This document shows, one piece after another, positions 37,541 to 50,365 of a stretch of DNA of 64,000 nucleotides. A program made the position numbers and the translations under genes. Position 1 is the stretch's first letter. Each line of letters begins with the position of its first letter. This stretch comes from Macrostomum lignano (lineage: Eukaryota), in contig NIVC01001010.1 of NCBI GenBank assembly GCA_002269645.1, positions 310,001-374,000 on the forward strand. Direction: 5' to 3'. The notes under the pieces were generated by a model. It was given only the letters and a program-made list of their open reading frames with translations, did no database searches and was not told where the DNA came from.

Positions 37541-37861
37541 TCATTTTGCATTTTGCTGCACTCTACTGGAGCTGTACTTTAGACGCCATTTCCTTATTAT
37601 TTCCTAATCCTCGTTTTTCGGCATCAAGCAGGGGCCGGCGAATATCTGTGACGTGCGTGTCGTGCACTTCTAGCAGTCAGCTGCTAATTAATTCACTCAA
37701 TTCCATTCTGACGTCATTAACGGCTGTTCGCTTCGCTTCGCTAGGCAAAGAGATTAATTCATTTCTATTCAGTCCAAAGTTCAAAGGCTGATCACAGAAG
37801 ATTGTTCAAATTTTCATCTCGGAGAGAAGCTTGCTAATGCGACAAGACGTTTCAAGGCTAA

Positions 37862-38845
37862 GCCTGTCAGTCCACCTGTCCGCTAAGTTTACAGCATCTG
37901 TCAGTCCACCTGTCTGCTGTGTTTACAGCATCTGTCAGCTCACCTGTCTGCTGTGTCTACAGCATCCGTCAGCTAATCTGTCTGCTGTGTTTACAGCATC
38001 TGTCAGCTCACATGTCTGCTGTGTTTACAGCATCTGTCAGCTCACCTGTCTGCTGTGTTTACAGCATCTGTCAGTCCACCTGTCTGCTGTGTTTACAGCA
38101 TCTGTCAGCTCACCTGTCTGCTGTGTTTACAGCATCTGTCAGTCCACCTGTCTGCTGTGTTTACAGCATCTGTCAGCTCACCTGTCTGCTGTGTTTACAG
38201 CATCTGTCAGTCCACCTGTCTGCTGTGTTTACAGCATCTGTCAGCTCACCTGTCTGCTGTGTCTACAGCATCCGTCAGCTAATCTGTCTGCTGTGTTTAC
38301 AGCATCTGTCAGATTACCTGTCTGCTGTGTTTACAGCATCTGTCAGCTCACCTAACTGCTGTGTTTACAGCATCTGTCAGCTCACCTAACTGCTGTGTTT
38401 ACAGCATCTGTCAGCTCACATGTCTGCTGTGTTTACAGCATCTGTCAGCTCACCTGTCTGCTGTGTTTACAGCATCTGTCAGCTCACCTGTCTGCTGTGT
38501 CTACAGCATCCGTCAGCTAATCTGTCTGCTGTGTTTACAGCATCTGTCAGATTACCTGTCTGCTGTGTTTACAGCATCTGTCAGCTCACCTAACTGCTGT
38601 GTTTACAGCATCTGTCAGCTCACCTAACTGCTGTGTTTACAGCATCTGTCAGCTCACATGTCTGCTGTGTTTACAGCATCTGTCAGCTCACCTGTCTGCT
38701 GTGTTTACAGCATCTGTCAGCTCACATGTCTGCTGTGTTTACAGCATCTGTCAGCTCACCTGTCTGCTGTGTTTACAGCATCCGTCAGCTAATCTGTCTG
38801 CTGTGTTTACAGCATCTGTCAGTCCACTTGTCTGCTGTGTTCCAA
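37862..38845. repeat. 34-bp minisatellite containing a forkhead motif (FoxO intron)
   Basis: Unit CTGTCTGCTGTGTTTACAGCATCTGTCAGCTCAC. Confidence 0.95.
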
Positions 38846-39315
38846 CATCTTTCGGCAGACCGTTGCTGCGACTGTTTTAGATGTTTTTTGCAGCCAGATT
38901 CATCCGATTTAGACAGTGTCTGCTGCTTACGAGTACTGCGCCAATTAAACCATTCCGCATCCGTCCTTCTGCACCTGCGATTAAATCCTTTGATTTTAAG
39001 TCAAGCGATTAAGCAATTGCTGCGCCCATCTGCTTTTTTCGTTGCGCAACTGGGTGAAATTTTTAGCATATTCTTTTCTTTGCCAAATAGCCTTTCACGT
39101 CACTCTTTAGGCCTTGAAAACCTGAACAAATTCTGCTTGGCCATGGTTTTCAGTCCCAGTTCTATTTTTTATTGAATATTAATATTCTGTATGATAAGCT
39201 TGTTAGTTCAACTCGAATAGCTTATGAATAAATAAGTGTCAGTGCGTCTGCAGCTTTTGTTAATAAATCCAGATGGTTAGAAATTGGTTCCAGTAGTTTA
39301 AAATTAGTCATAATT

Positions 39316-40000
39316 ACATGTATCTGAGTCCCAATCTCCTGTATCTGAGTCCCAATCTCCTGTATCTGAGTCCCAATCTCCTGTATCTGAGTCCCAATCT
39401 CCTGTATCTGAGTCCCAATCTCCTGTAGCTGAGTCCCAATCTCCTGTATCTGAGTCCCAATCTCCTGTAGCTGAGTCCCAATCTCCTGTATCTGAGTCCC
39501 AATCTCCTGTATCTGAGTCCCAATCTCCTGTATCTGAGTCCCAATCTCCTGTATCTGAGTCCCAATCTCCTGTATCTGAGTCCCAATCTCCTGTATCTGA
39601 GTCCCAATCTCCTGTATCTGAGTCCCAATCTCCTGTATCTGAGTCCCAATCTCCTGTATCTGAGTCCCAATCTCCTGTATCTGAGTCCCAATCTCCTGTA
39701 TCTGAGTCCCAATCTCCTGTATCTGAGTCCCAATCTCCTGTATCTGAGTCCCAATCTCCTGTATCTGAGTCCCAATCTCCTGTATCTGAGTCCCAATCTC
39801 ATGTATCTGAGTCCCAATCTCCTGTATCTGAGTCCCAATCTCATGTATCTGAGTCCCAATCTTCTGTATCTGAGTCACAATAATCTCTACCTGAGTCCTG
39901 ATCGCCTGTAACTGAGTCCCGATCGAATGTAACTGATTCCCGATCGACTGTAACTGAGTCCCGATCGAATGTAACTGATTCCCGATCGACTGTAACTGAG
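39316..40000. repeat. 21-bp minisatellite (end of FoxO intron)
   Basis: Unit TGTATCTGAGTCCCAATCTCC, drifting to a CCCGATCGACTGTAACTGAGT variant after about 39890. Confidence 0.95.
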
Positions 40001-40091
40001 TCGGATCGCTTGTCCTGGAAGCCTAATGATCTGCAACCAGGCGAGCTATTATTATTAAAGCAGCCGCCGCCCTCCACCCGACACTCCGCAG

Positions 40092-40925
40092 AACTCCGTC
40101 CGCCACAATCTATCGTTGCACAACAAATTCGTCCGCGTACAAAACGACCAGTCGGGCAAATCCTCATATTGGACCATCAATCACGAGATCCGCGATCGGG
40201 CCAGCTACCGGCGGCGGGCGGCCACGGCCGAGACGCGAAGCGGTGAACTGCTGCACAAACGGCAGCTGGCGCTGGCCAAGCAGCGCGCTCGTACGGCTGC
40301 TGCGGCCGCCGCCGCCGCCTCCTCCGCCGTCGGGGCTTTCAGCGAGGCTTCTCCGCCGCCGCCGCCGAAGCAGCAGCAGCAGCACCGGACGCCAAGCGCC
40401 GCGCCTCTGTCGGCACCCGCCACTCCGATGCAGCGTCCGCCCATGCCGCGCACCCTCAGCGTCACCGAGGTTATCCGGGACCTGGTGCCGCCCGAACAGC
40501 TGCTGGACCATTCGCGCACCACCGAGGACCTGCTGCTGGAGTCGCTGACAGATGCCGTCCTGCAGGAGGCCTGTCCGGAGATTGAGCAGCAGCAGCAGAT
40601 GCCTATGCAGGAGCTCGCTAACCAGCTCAATCAGCTGTCCTGTCGCCAGCAACTAAGCGACTCATCCATTGTCTCTCCACAGCTGCCGCCTCAGCCTCAG
40701 CCTCCTCAATTGCTTCATCAGCAGTACCAGCATCAGCTGCATCGGCAGAGCAGCGCATCGGCTGGCATGTGGTTTAACAGCGATCTTGGGCTGCCTGACA
40801 TTCAGGAAGCAGCCGAGCAGCCGTCTAGCAGCGGCGGCTGCTGCAACGGCGGTCAGCCTCAACAGCTCCTGGGCGCCTCGTCGCAGTTGCAACAATACGA
40901 CCTGTTGATGGAGGAGTTTGCCTAG
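40092..40925 (+). CDS. FoxO: FoxO exon 2
   Basis: Acceptor CCGCAG|AAC gives [30 protein letters not shown], then Akt site RRRAAT; stop TAG at 40923-40925. Confidence 0.93.
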   Translation, partial: NSVRHNLSLHNKFVRVQNDQSGKSSYWTINHEIRDRASYRRRAATAETRSGELLHKRQLALAKQRARTAAAAAAAASSAVGAFSEASPPPPPKQQQQHRTPSAAPLSAPATPMQRPPMPRTLSVTEVIRDLVPPEQLLDHSRTTEDLLLESLTDAVLQEACPEIEQQQQMPMQELANQLNQLSCRQQLSDSSIVSPQLPPQPQPPQLLHQQYQHQLHRQSSASAGMWFNSDLGLPDIQEAAEQPSSSGGCCNGGQPQQLLGASSQLQQYDLLMEEFA

Positions 40926-41040
40926 GCTGCTGTTCGGTTTGTCCAGATAATGACGTTACGGGTGAGCAGCAGCCTAAGATGGGGTCGTATTCAGTTACTT
41001 TACCTTACGCCTAATCAGGCGTAAATTTCTTTATTTGAGG

Positions 41041-41330
41041 GTCTTGTAGCCTCGAGTGGTTTAATCGTCGGACTCACGACTGAAAGGTTGGTCGGGGGTT
41101 CGATTCTCGACCCATCTTGAACAATTTGGGTCCTTGAGCAAGTCACTTAACTCTGCAGTGCTTCAGTTTACCCAGGGCAATTGAGGGGTTGTGTGGCGAC
41201 CCCCCCCCCCCAGTCCTTGGACTGACCAGCCGTACGCAGCCTTCAGATGCGCCGCGCAATAGCTGCGGCTGAGCTGTCGGTTGCACATCTGGCCCTATTA
41301 GGACAGGTGTAATCAATTATTATTACTCTT
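41041..41330 (+). mobile_element. tRNA-derived SINE family 2 with CORE/MIR-like central block, copy A
   Basis: A-box TAGCCTCGAGTGG, B-box GGTTCGATTC, then GTCCTTGAGCAAGTCACTTAACTCTGCAGTGCTTCAGTTT; homologous to 62765-63049. Confidence 0.75.
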
Positions 41331-41849
41331 TAGTTGAGTCAATCATTAAAGTTTAGAGACAGTCTCTTAGAGCTCAGCGGAGCTAACTAACGGTTGTTGA
41401 AGTGTTGAATAACCTGACGGCCTCGGCCGCTGCTGGTCCTTGTAGCTTCGATATCGCACTTGGCATCGGGACTGTTGATGCACTCTCTGGCAGTTAAAAA
41501 TATCTGTTATATTTTGTTCATTCTTCTCCTTTTCCAGCTTTCTGTGTCTGCGCAAATTATTTTAGAACCTCTGAAGATTTCTGTCATTTTCCTGCTTTTC
41601 TTGATGCGCTAAACCAAAGCATTGTTCCCGCGTTTTTTACCTGTGAATCAATCATTTCTATTTTAGTCATTATTTGTCTTACTGTGCGGCAAACAGGGGG
41701 CAACAGCCTCTCTCGGCATCCTTCTCAGTGCAGCTGCGGCGCTTTGTCTGGTGTTTTGTATGTTATTAGTAGTTTTGTGACGGCTTTATTAGAGGATTTT
41801 CTTACAAATCATTGATTTCCATAGATTAATATTTATTAGATTAAGATAA

Positions 41850-41929
<80 letters not shown>

Positions 41930-41932
41930 TAG

Positions 41933-41969
<37 letters not shown>

Positions 41970-41984
41970 TAGTGTCTGTCTGCC

Positions 41985-42021
<37 letters not shown>

Positions 42022-42024
42022 GCC

Positions 42025-42077
<53 letters not shown>

Positions 42078-42080
42078 TAG

Positions 42081-42113
<33 letters not shown>

Positions 42114-42116
42114 TAG

Positions 42117-42149
<33 letters not shown>

Positions 42150-42152
42150 TAG

Positions 42153-42209
<57 letters not shown>

Positions 42210-42275
42210 TAGTGTCTGTCTGTCTGCCTGTCTGTCTGTCTGTCTTTCTGTCTGTCTGTCTGTCTGTCTGTCTGT
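41850..42275. repeat. (TCTG)n microsatellite
   Basis: Tetranucleotide run with occasional TTAGTG interruptions. Confidence 0.97.
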
Positions 42276-42649
42276 CCCTGGCCCCACTCTACATGACTTG
42301 AATAATTTTCCTTTTCTTACTTGTACATGTAGTTATGTGCTGTTTGTTGTTTACAAATGTCATATTGTTCTAGTGGATTTTTAATTATCAGGAGCTATTG
42401 ATTGAGCTGTTTTATGTGCAGATTAATTTGACAAAAAGTGGGGTTTTCTTGTCCTGTGTCGGCGTGGCTCTGCGTCATTCTTTGTTTTATTTTTTTACAC
42501 TTTTAATTATCGTTAAGTAGTGTAGAATTTCACTGTGCTTCTGTTGGCTAAAATGTATTGTTTTAAAGTAAAATCCACAGATATATTTTTACTGCAGTTC
42601 TTGACTGGATCATTTTGTAGCAACCAATGCTGGCATTAGCTGATTTCTC

Positions 42650-43450
42650 CCTCTGCTACCTTCTCACACCCTCTGCTACCTTCTCACACCCTCTGCTACC
42701 TTCTCACACCTTCTGCTACCTTCTCACACCCTCTGCTACCTTCTCACACCCTCTGCTACCTTCTCACACCCTCTGCTACCTTCTCACACCATCTGCTACC
42801 TTCTCACACCCTCTGCTACCTTCCCACACCCTCTGCTACCTTCCCACACCCTCTGCTACCTTCTCACACCCTCTGCTACCTTCTCACACCCTCTGCTACC
42901 TTCTCACACCCTCTGCTACCTTCTCACACCTTCTGCTACCTTCTCACACCCTCTGCTACCTTCTCACACCTTCTGCTACCTTCTCACACCATCTGCTACC
43001 TTCTCACACCCTCTGCTACCTTCCCACACCCTCTGCTACCTTCCCACACCCTCTGCTACCTTCTCACACCATCTGCTACCTTCTCACACCTTCTGCTACC
43101 TTCTCACATCCTCTGCTACCTTCTCACACCCTCTGCTACCTTCCCACACCCTCTGCTACCTTCTCACACCCTCTGCTACCTTCTCACACCTTCTGCTACC
43201 TTCTCACACCCTCTGCTACCTTCTCACACCATCTGCTACCTTCTCACACCCTCTGCTACCTTCTCACACCCTCTGCTACCTTCTCACACCATCTGCTACC
43301 TTCTCACACCCTCTGCTACCTTCTCACACCCTCTGCTACCTTCTCACACCATCTGCTACCTTCCCACACCCTCTGCTACCTTCTCACACCCTCTGCTACC
43401 TTCTCACACCATCTGCTACCTTCTCACACCCTCTGCTACCTTCTCACATC
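42650..43450. repeat. 20-bp minisatellite
   Basis: Unit CCTTCTCACACCCTCTGCTA. Confidence 0.96.
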
Positions 43451-43954
43451 CTCTATCGGTGACAGCAGTTAATAAGAACTCCTTGAAAAAAATTTCAATG
43501 TCATCAAATCTCAGAAATTTGTGTTGTTGGTGAGCCCGCCTCAATCCGCCTATCTAATATTTGGTTTCGAAATGCTAACTGTCTCACTATTTTTGGACTA
43601 ATTCTTCTGTGTAGAAAAATATACTTACTTTTGGAACATTTTCTCCAATATTTTCCTTTGCCATTATTTTGTATTTTTAGTGTACCTCATTCTGGTTCAG
43701 TTGAGAGTTAGCTGTCTTATCTGTGTTAATTATTCCATCCACGCTTCTATTGTCTTGCAGATCTTTGTGTCACTATTATAAATAGAACATCGTGTTATAT
43801 TTGCTTTTATTATAGAATTTTAATTAATTTTTCATTCAAGGGTATATCTAGATCGAAACAATACATATGAGATTATTGTGAGTTCATGAGATTACTTGAA
43901 ATTTAAAAGCGTTAAAATTGTTTCAGTTCTTTGAGAATTCAGGATATTTAATCT

Positions 43955-44545
43955 CTTGCAAATGGTCTTTGTTTTGCATCGATTCTACTGCAAATGGTCT
44001 TTGTTCTGTGTTGATTCTCTTGCAAATGGTCCTTGTTCTGCATTGATTCTCTTGCAAATGGTCTTTGTTCTGCATTGATTCTCTTGCAAATGGTCCTTGT
44101 TCTGCATTGATTCTCTTGCAAATGGTCCTTGTTCTGCATTGATTCTCTTGCAAATGGTCCTTGTTCTGCATTGATTCTCTTGCAAATGGTCCTTGTTCTG
44201 CATTGATTCTCTTGCAAATGGTCCTTGTTCTGCATTGATTCTCTTGCAAATGGTCCTTGTTCTGCATTGATTCTCTTGCAAATGGTCCTTGTTCTGCATT
44301 GATTCTCTTGCAAATGGTCTTTGCTGTGCATTGATTCTCTTGCAAATGGTCCTTGTTCTGCATTGATTCTTTTGCAAATGGTCCTTGTTCTGCATTGATT
44401 CTCTTGCAAATGGTCTTTGTTCTGCATTGATTCTCTAGCAAATGGTCTTTGTTGTGCATTGATTCTCTTGCTAATAGACTTTGTTCTGCATTGATTCTCT
44501 TGAAAATGGCCTTTGTTCTGCATTGGTCCTACTGCAAATGGTCTT
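43955..44545. repeat. 32-bp minisatellite
   Basis: Unit TGCAAATGGTCCTTGTTCTGCATTGATTCTCT. Confidence 0.95.
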
Positions 44546-45736
44546 TGCTTCTCAAGGAAGCATCATTCACAATTTAAGTCGTGCACCTGTTACCAAAGTA
44601 CAAGACTGAGAAGCCAGCCTTTGTCTGCTGTAAATTTTACGGAATTGTTGCGGTCTGGCGAGTCCAAGTGAACCTATAAAAATCTGCTAAATGCCTGTGT
44701 GGAAATGTCCTCAAAGTACTTTACCCACTGTGGTACGAGTGCACTCTGAGGCTCTTGCCTCGGCTGATTGCTCTGCCGCTGCATTTTCGATGACGCACAA
44801 AGGGGATTAGTAAGAGGAGAACGGGGAGAGGGGAAAGGGGAGAAAGGCAGAGCAGAGCTTAACGGAAAACGAGGATTTGAACCGGAAAAATTCTATTTAT
44901 AGTCACTGCAACTTTTCTCAACTTGACTCGCATCTTCTTGAATATCTGCTTCGTCTGAAGCATCTTTTTGTGATGGCAAGGTATAATTAAAGAAGATTTG
45001 AATGATTTAATAGATACGAGTAGATGATGGATAGATTGATAAGCCACCCAGCAGCCATTGAAGAAACTCGCTGTCTATCACGCCACAAGGTCGGTCGTGA
45101 CGCATGCAGCCCTGCTCTGTCTCAATCCATTCTGATCTGCTATGCAATTGCGTGACAGATTCTTCACGGGCAAAGCAGCTGTGCGCAGCATAAAAGACGA
45201 TTGCTGAAAGAAAAGTGCAAAAAGTGAAAAGGAAGAAAAGAAAAGATGAGAGATTGTCTCCAATCTGGTAGATTAGCGCTCGTGAATGAGAATGCTTCTG
45301 TGTCGTATCGCGTGACTCAGCGGGTGTACATTGAGTACAATCGCTGTTTTATTTTATTGATTGACTGACAATAATGGCGCTCGCGTGTTATACCAATATC
45401 ATGCACCCCGACTGCAGATTTTTATAAATCTTTTTCTTCACTGGCTCGGCGATTGAAGGGGGTCATTGAGTCGAATAATGGATTGGCATTTTATGATGTA
45501 CTCGTACGTACCTATGACTGTTCTTTACGTAATATTTGATTATTGGTAATTCTAACAAATTGGACTGAATATATTTTGTTTAAATAAGTGGAATCGTATT
45601 TTATATTAGAAGCAATGCTTTTGAGAAAAAGGAGGGATTATCTGATTGTTTCTATGCAGTGAGCATGAATTGCCACTAAGATCATGGCGTTAAAATCTCC
45701 AGTAGGGAGATGAGAGATTGTCACCAATCTGGTAGA

Positions 45737-45966
45737 TTAGACGGCCTGCTCTTCTTCATCCTCCTCGAATGCCTCCTCCTCGGCTGTGGCGTCCTGGTAC
45801 TGCTGGTACTCGGAGATCAGATCGTTCATGTTGCTCTCGGCCTCCGTGAACTCCATCTCGTCCATGCCTTCGCCAGTGAACCAGTGCAGGAAGGCCTTGC
45901 GCCTGAACATGGCGGTGAACTGCTCGGAGATTCGGCGGAACAGCTCCTGGATGGCCGTGTTGTTGC
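45737..45966 (-). CDS. TUBB: beta-tubulin exon 4
   Basis: Acceptor GGCAG|GC; [28 protein letters not shown]...[20 protein letters not shown]. The four exons total 1335 nt (444 aa). Confidence 0.95.
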
Positions 45967-45974
45967 CTGCCGGT

Positions 45975-46660
45975 GCGCGGGGGGCTCTAGCTTCGGCTCT
46001 AGCTGGCGGGACTGAGGCTCTCGGGCAGGGCGGAGAGGGAGGAGGGGCTCTGGGGCAGAGCGGGGAGGGAGAAGGGGGCAGAGCGGGGAGAAAGAAGGGG
46101 TTCTGGGGCAGAGCGGGGAGAAAGAAGCGGCTCTGGGCAGGGCGGAGAGGGAGGAGGGGCTCTGGGCAGGGCGGAGAGGGAGGAGGGGCTCTGGGGCAAA
46201 GCGGGGAGGGAGAAGGGGGCAGAGCGGGGAGAGAGAAGGGGTTCTGGGGCAGAGCGGGGAGAAAGAAGGGGCTCTGGGGCAGAGCGGGGAGAAAGAAGGG
46301 GCTCTGGGGAAGAGCGGGGAGGAAGGAGGGGCACTGGGGTAAAGCGGGAAGGGAGGGGGGCTCTGGGGCAGAGCGGGGAGGAAGGAGGGGCTCTGGGGCA
46401 GAGCGGGGAGAAGGAAGGGGCTCTGGGGAAGAGCGGGGAAGAGGAAGGGGCTCTGGGGCAAAGCGGGGAGGGGGGAGGGAGGGGGGCTCTGGGGCAAAGC
46501 GGGGAGGGAGGAGGGAGGGGGGCTCTGGGGCAGAGCGGGGAGCAAGGAGGGGCTCTGGGGCAAAGCGGGGAGGGAGGGGGGCTCTGGGGCAAAGCGGGGA
46601 GCAAGGAGGGGCTCTGGGGCAGAGCGGTTAGGGAGGAGGCAGAGTGGGGAGGGAGAAAGG
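45975..46660. repeat. G/A-rich degenerate minisatellite (tubulin intron 3)
   Basis: Recurrent GGGGCTCTGGGGCAGAGCGGGGAG blocks. Confidence 0.88.
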
Positions 46661-46777
46661 GCTTTGGGGGCATCGAAATTAATTGAGAAGGAAAGCATTA
46701 AAAAGTGGAAGGCTGTCTTTCTATGGAATTTGGCATCCTCTGTCTTGAAAATGAACAAAAGTGCGCCCCAGACCTAC

Positions 46778-47464
46778 CAATGAAAGTGACAGACATTTTG
46801 AGTCCCCTTGGAGGGACGTCGCACACAGCGGTCTTGACGCTGTTCGGTATCCATTCAACAAAGTACGAGCTGTTCTTATTCCTGGCATTGAGCAGCTGCT
46901 CCTCAACTTCCTTCATTGACATTCGGCCGCGGAAGACGGCAGCGACGGTGAGGTAGCGGCCGTGCCGGGGGTCGCACGCGGCCATCATGTTCTTGGCGTC
47001 GAACATCTGCTGTGTGAGCTCCGGGACAGTCAGGGCTCTGTACTGTGCACCGCCCCGGCTGGTCAGCGGAGCGAAGCCGGGCATGAAGAAGTGCAGCCGC
47101 GGGAACGGCACCAGATTCACGGCCAGCTTGCGCAGGTCGGCGTTCAGCTGACCAGGGAAACGGAAGCTGGTGGTGACGCCGGACATGGCGGCGCTCACCA
47201 GGTGGTTCAGATCGCCGTAGGTCGGCGTGCTCAGCTTCAGTGTGCGGAAGCAGATGTCGTACAGGGCCTCGTTGTCGATGCAGAACGTCTCGTCGCTGCT
47301 CTCGACCAGCTGGTGGACGGACAGGGTGGCGTTGTAGGGCTCGACAACCACCTCGGAGACTTTTGGCGAGGGCACCACGCTGAAGGTGTTCATGATGCGG
47401 TCGGGATACTCCTCCCGAATGCGGGACATTAGCAGCGTTCCCAGGCCCGAGCCGGTGCCACCGC
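46778..47464 (-). CDS. TUBB: beta-tubulin exon 3
   Basis: Acceptor CGCAG|GC; GGGTGSG...[15 protein letters not shown]...KMSVTFIG; donor G|GTAGGT. Confidence 0.95.
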
Positions 47465-47697
47465 CTGCGGTGTTTCAAACAGATTGCCACTGCTGAGTAA
47501 TTAAAGCTGATAAATGTACGCAATGCTCTACTGACAGTAAGTAGAGCTGAGAAGTTTTTCAATTAAATGCATGTATCAATTGTATCTACACCATTGGGAA
47601 CCGATTAATGCATTTGCAGATCTATGCGCCCAGTCTTTGCAAGACCATGGGACTATAGATCCCCGAGGATCTGCAGAAACTTGCGGAATTTTAGTGA

Positions 47698-48245
47698 TAT
47701 AAATCAACAGAGATCTATAAATAGAAATCTACTGAGATATACTGGTATGAATAGAAATCTACAGAGATATATAAATAGAAATCTACTGAGATATATGAAT
47801 AGAAGTCTACAGAGATCTATAAATAGAAATCTACAGAGATCTATAAATAGAAATCTACAGAGATCTATAAATAGAAATCTACAGAGATATATGAATAGAA
47901 ATCTACAGAGATATATGAATAGAAATCTACTGAGATCTATAAATAGAAATCTACTGAGATATGTAACTAGAAATCTACAGAGATATATAACTAGAAATCT
48001 ACAGAGATATATAAATAGAAATCTACTGAGATATATGAATAGAAATCTACAGAGATCTATAAATAGAAATCTACAGAGATCTATAAATAGAAATCTACAG
48101 AGATATATGAATAGAAATCTACAGAGATATATGAATAGAAATCTACTGAGATCTATAAATAGAAATCTACTGAGATATATGAATAGAAATCTACAGAGAT
48201 ATGTAACTAGAAATCTACAGAGATATAAAAATAGAAATCTACAGA
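47698..48245. repeat. 24-bp minisatellite (tubulin intron 2)
   Basis: Unit ATAGAAATCTACAGAGATATATGA. Confidence 0.93.
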
Positions 48246-48345
48246 GACCTATCCAGGACCTACTAGAATGCGTGAGGATTTTTAGACATCAACGGGATCA
48301 ATTTGAACAATCCTTCCTCCAGCTCCCCCCTCGAGTCTCACTCAC

Positions 48346-48706
48346 CGAGCGAGTGGCACAACTGAAAGCCCTGCAGGCAGTCGCAGGCTTCGCTCTCCTT
48401 GCGCACCACATCAATGAGAGAGTCCACCAGCTCGGCACCCTCAGTGTAGTGACCCTTGGCCCAGTTGTTGCCGGCGCCGCTCTGGCCGAATACGAAATTG
48501 TCCGGTCGGAATAGCTGTCCGAACGGGCCAGACCGGACACTGTCCATGGTGCCGGGCTCCAGGTCTACTAGAACTGACCGCGGAACATATCGACCGCCTG
48601 CGGCTTCGTTAAAATAAACATTGATGCGCTCCAGCTGCAGGTCCGAGTCTCCGTGGTAGGCGCCGCTCTGGTCTATGCCGTGCTCGTCTGAGATCACCTC
48701 CCAGAA
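48346..48706 (-). CDS. TUBB: beta-tubulin exon 2
   Basis: Acceptor CCAG|TTC; [10 protein letters not shown]...[17 protein letters not shown]...CHSLG; phase-1 donor G|GTGAGT. Confidence 0.95.
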
Positions 48707-48749
48707 CTGGCGTTGGGGATCGGGGATAGGGATTTAGACTAGTTGATTG

Positions 48750-50299
48750 CCGATAGACAGTTCCCGATAGACAGTTCCCGATAGACAGTTCCCGATAGAC
48801 AGTTCCCGATAGACAGTTCCCGATAGACAGTTCCCGATAGACAGTTCCCGATAGACAGTTCCCGATAGACAGTTCCCGATAGACAGTTCCCGATAGACAG
48901 TTCCCGATAGACAGTTCCCGATAGACAGTTCCCGATAGACAGTTCCCGATAGACAGTTCCCGATAGACAGTTCCCGATAGACAGTTCCCGATAGACAGTT
49001 CCCGATAGACAGTTCCCGATAGACAGTTCCCGATAGACAGTTCCCGATAGACAGTTCCCGATAGACAGTTCCCGATAGACAGTTCCCGATAGACAGTTCC
49101 CGATAGACAGTTCCCGATAGACAGTTCCCGATAGACAGTTCCCGATAGACAGTTCCCGATAGACAGTTCCCGATAGACAGTTCCCGATAGACAGTTCCCG
49201 ATAGACAGTTCCCGATAGACAGTTCCCGATAGACAGTTCCCGATAGACAGTTCCCGATAGACAGTTCCCGATAGACAGTTCCCGATAGACAGTTCCCGAT
49301 AGACAGTTCCCGATAGACAGTTCCCGATAGACAGTTCCCGATAGACAGTTCCCGATAGACAGTTCCCGATAGACAGTTCCCGATAGACAGTTCCCGATAG
49401 ACAGTTCCCGATAGACAGTTCCCGATAGACAGTTCCCGATAGACAGTTCCCGATAGACAGTTCCCGATAGACAGTTCCCGATAGACAGTTCCCGATAGAC
49501 AGTTCCCGATAGACAGTTCCCGATAGACAGTTCCCGATAGACAGTTTCCAATAGACAGTTTCCAATAGACAGTTCCCGATAGACAGTTCCCGATAGACAG
49601 TTCCCGATAGACAGTTCCCGATAGACAGTTCCGATAGACAGTTCCCGATAGACAGTTCCCGATAGACAGTTCCCGATAGACAGTTCCCGATAGACAGTTC
49701 CCGATAGACAGTTCCCGATAGACAGTTCCCGATAGACAGTTCCCGATAGACAGTTCCCGATAGACAGTTCCCGATAGACAGTTCCCGATAGACAGTTCCC
49801 GATAGACAGTTCCCGATAGACAGTTCCCGATAGACAGTTCCCGATAGACAGTTCCCGATAGACAGTTCCCGATAGACAGTTCCCGATAGACAGTTCCCGA
49901 TAGACAGTTTCCAATAGACAGTTTCCAATAGACAGTTCCCGATAGACAGTTCCCGATAGACAGTTCCCGATAGACAGTTCCCGATAGACAGTTCCCGATA
50001 GACAGTTCCCGATAGACAGTTCCCGATAGACAGTTCCCGATAGACAGTTCCCGATAGACAGTTCCCGATAGACAGTTCCCGATAGACAGTTCCCGATAGA
50101 CAGTTCCCGATAGACAGTTCCCGATAGACAGTTCCCGATAGACAGTTCCCGATAGACAGTTCCCGATAGACAGTTCCCGATAGACAGTCCCCCATAGACA
50201 GTTCCCCATAGACAGTTCCCGATAGACAGTTCCCGATAGACAGTTCCCGATAGACAGTTCCCGATAGACAGTTCCCGATAGACAGTCCCCCATAGACAG
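48750..50299. repeat. 14-bp minisatellite filling tubulin intron 1
   Basis: Unit GATAGACAGTTCCC, very homogeneous. Confidence 0.97.
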
Positions 50300-50308
50300 T
50301 CAACTCAC

Positions 50309-50365
50309 CTTCGATCCAATCTGGTTTCCGCACTGACCAACCTGAATGTGCACAATTTCTCTCAT
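50309..50365 (-). CDS. TUBB: beta-tubulin exon 1
   Basis: MREIVHIQVGQCGNQIGSK with donor AAG|GTGAGT (57 nt, the canonical first exon). Confidence 0.95.

Noticed and set aside
39222-39878. Perfect heptad (TQIQEIG)n coiled-coil ORF antisense in the FoxO intron
   Set aside because: It is a by-product of a stop-free 21-bp unit, with a GTG start and no unique domain.
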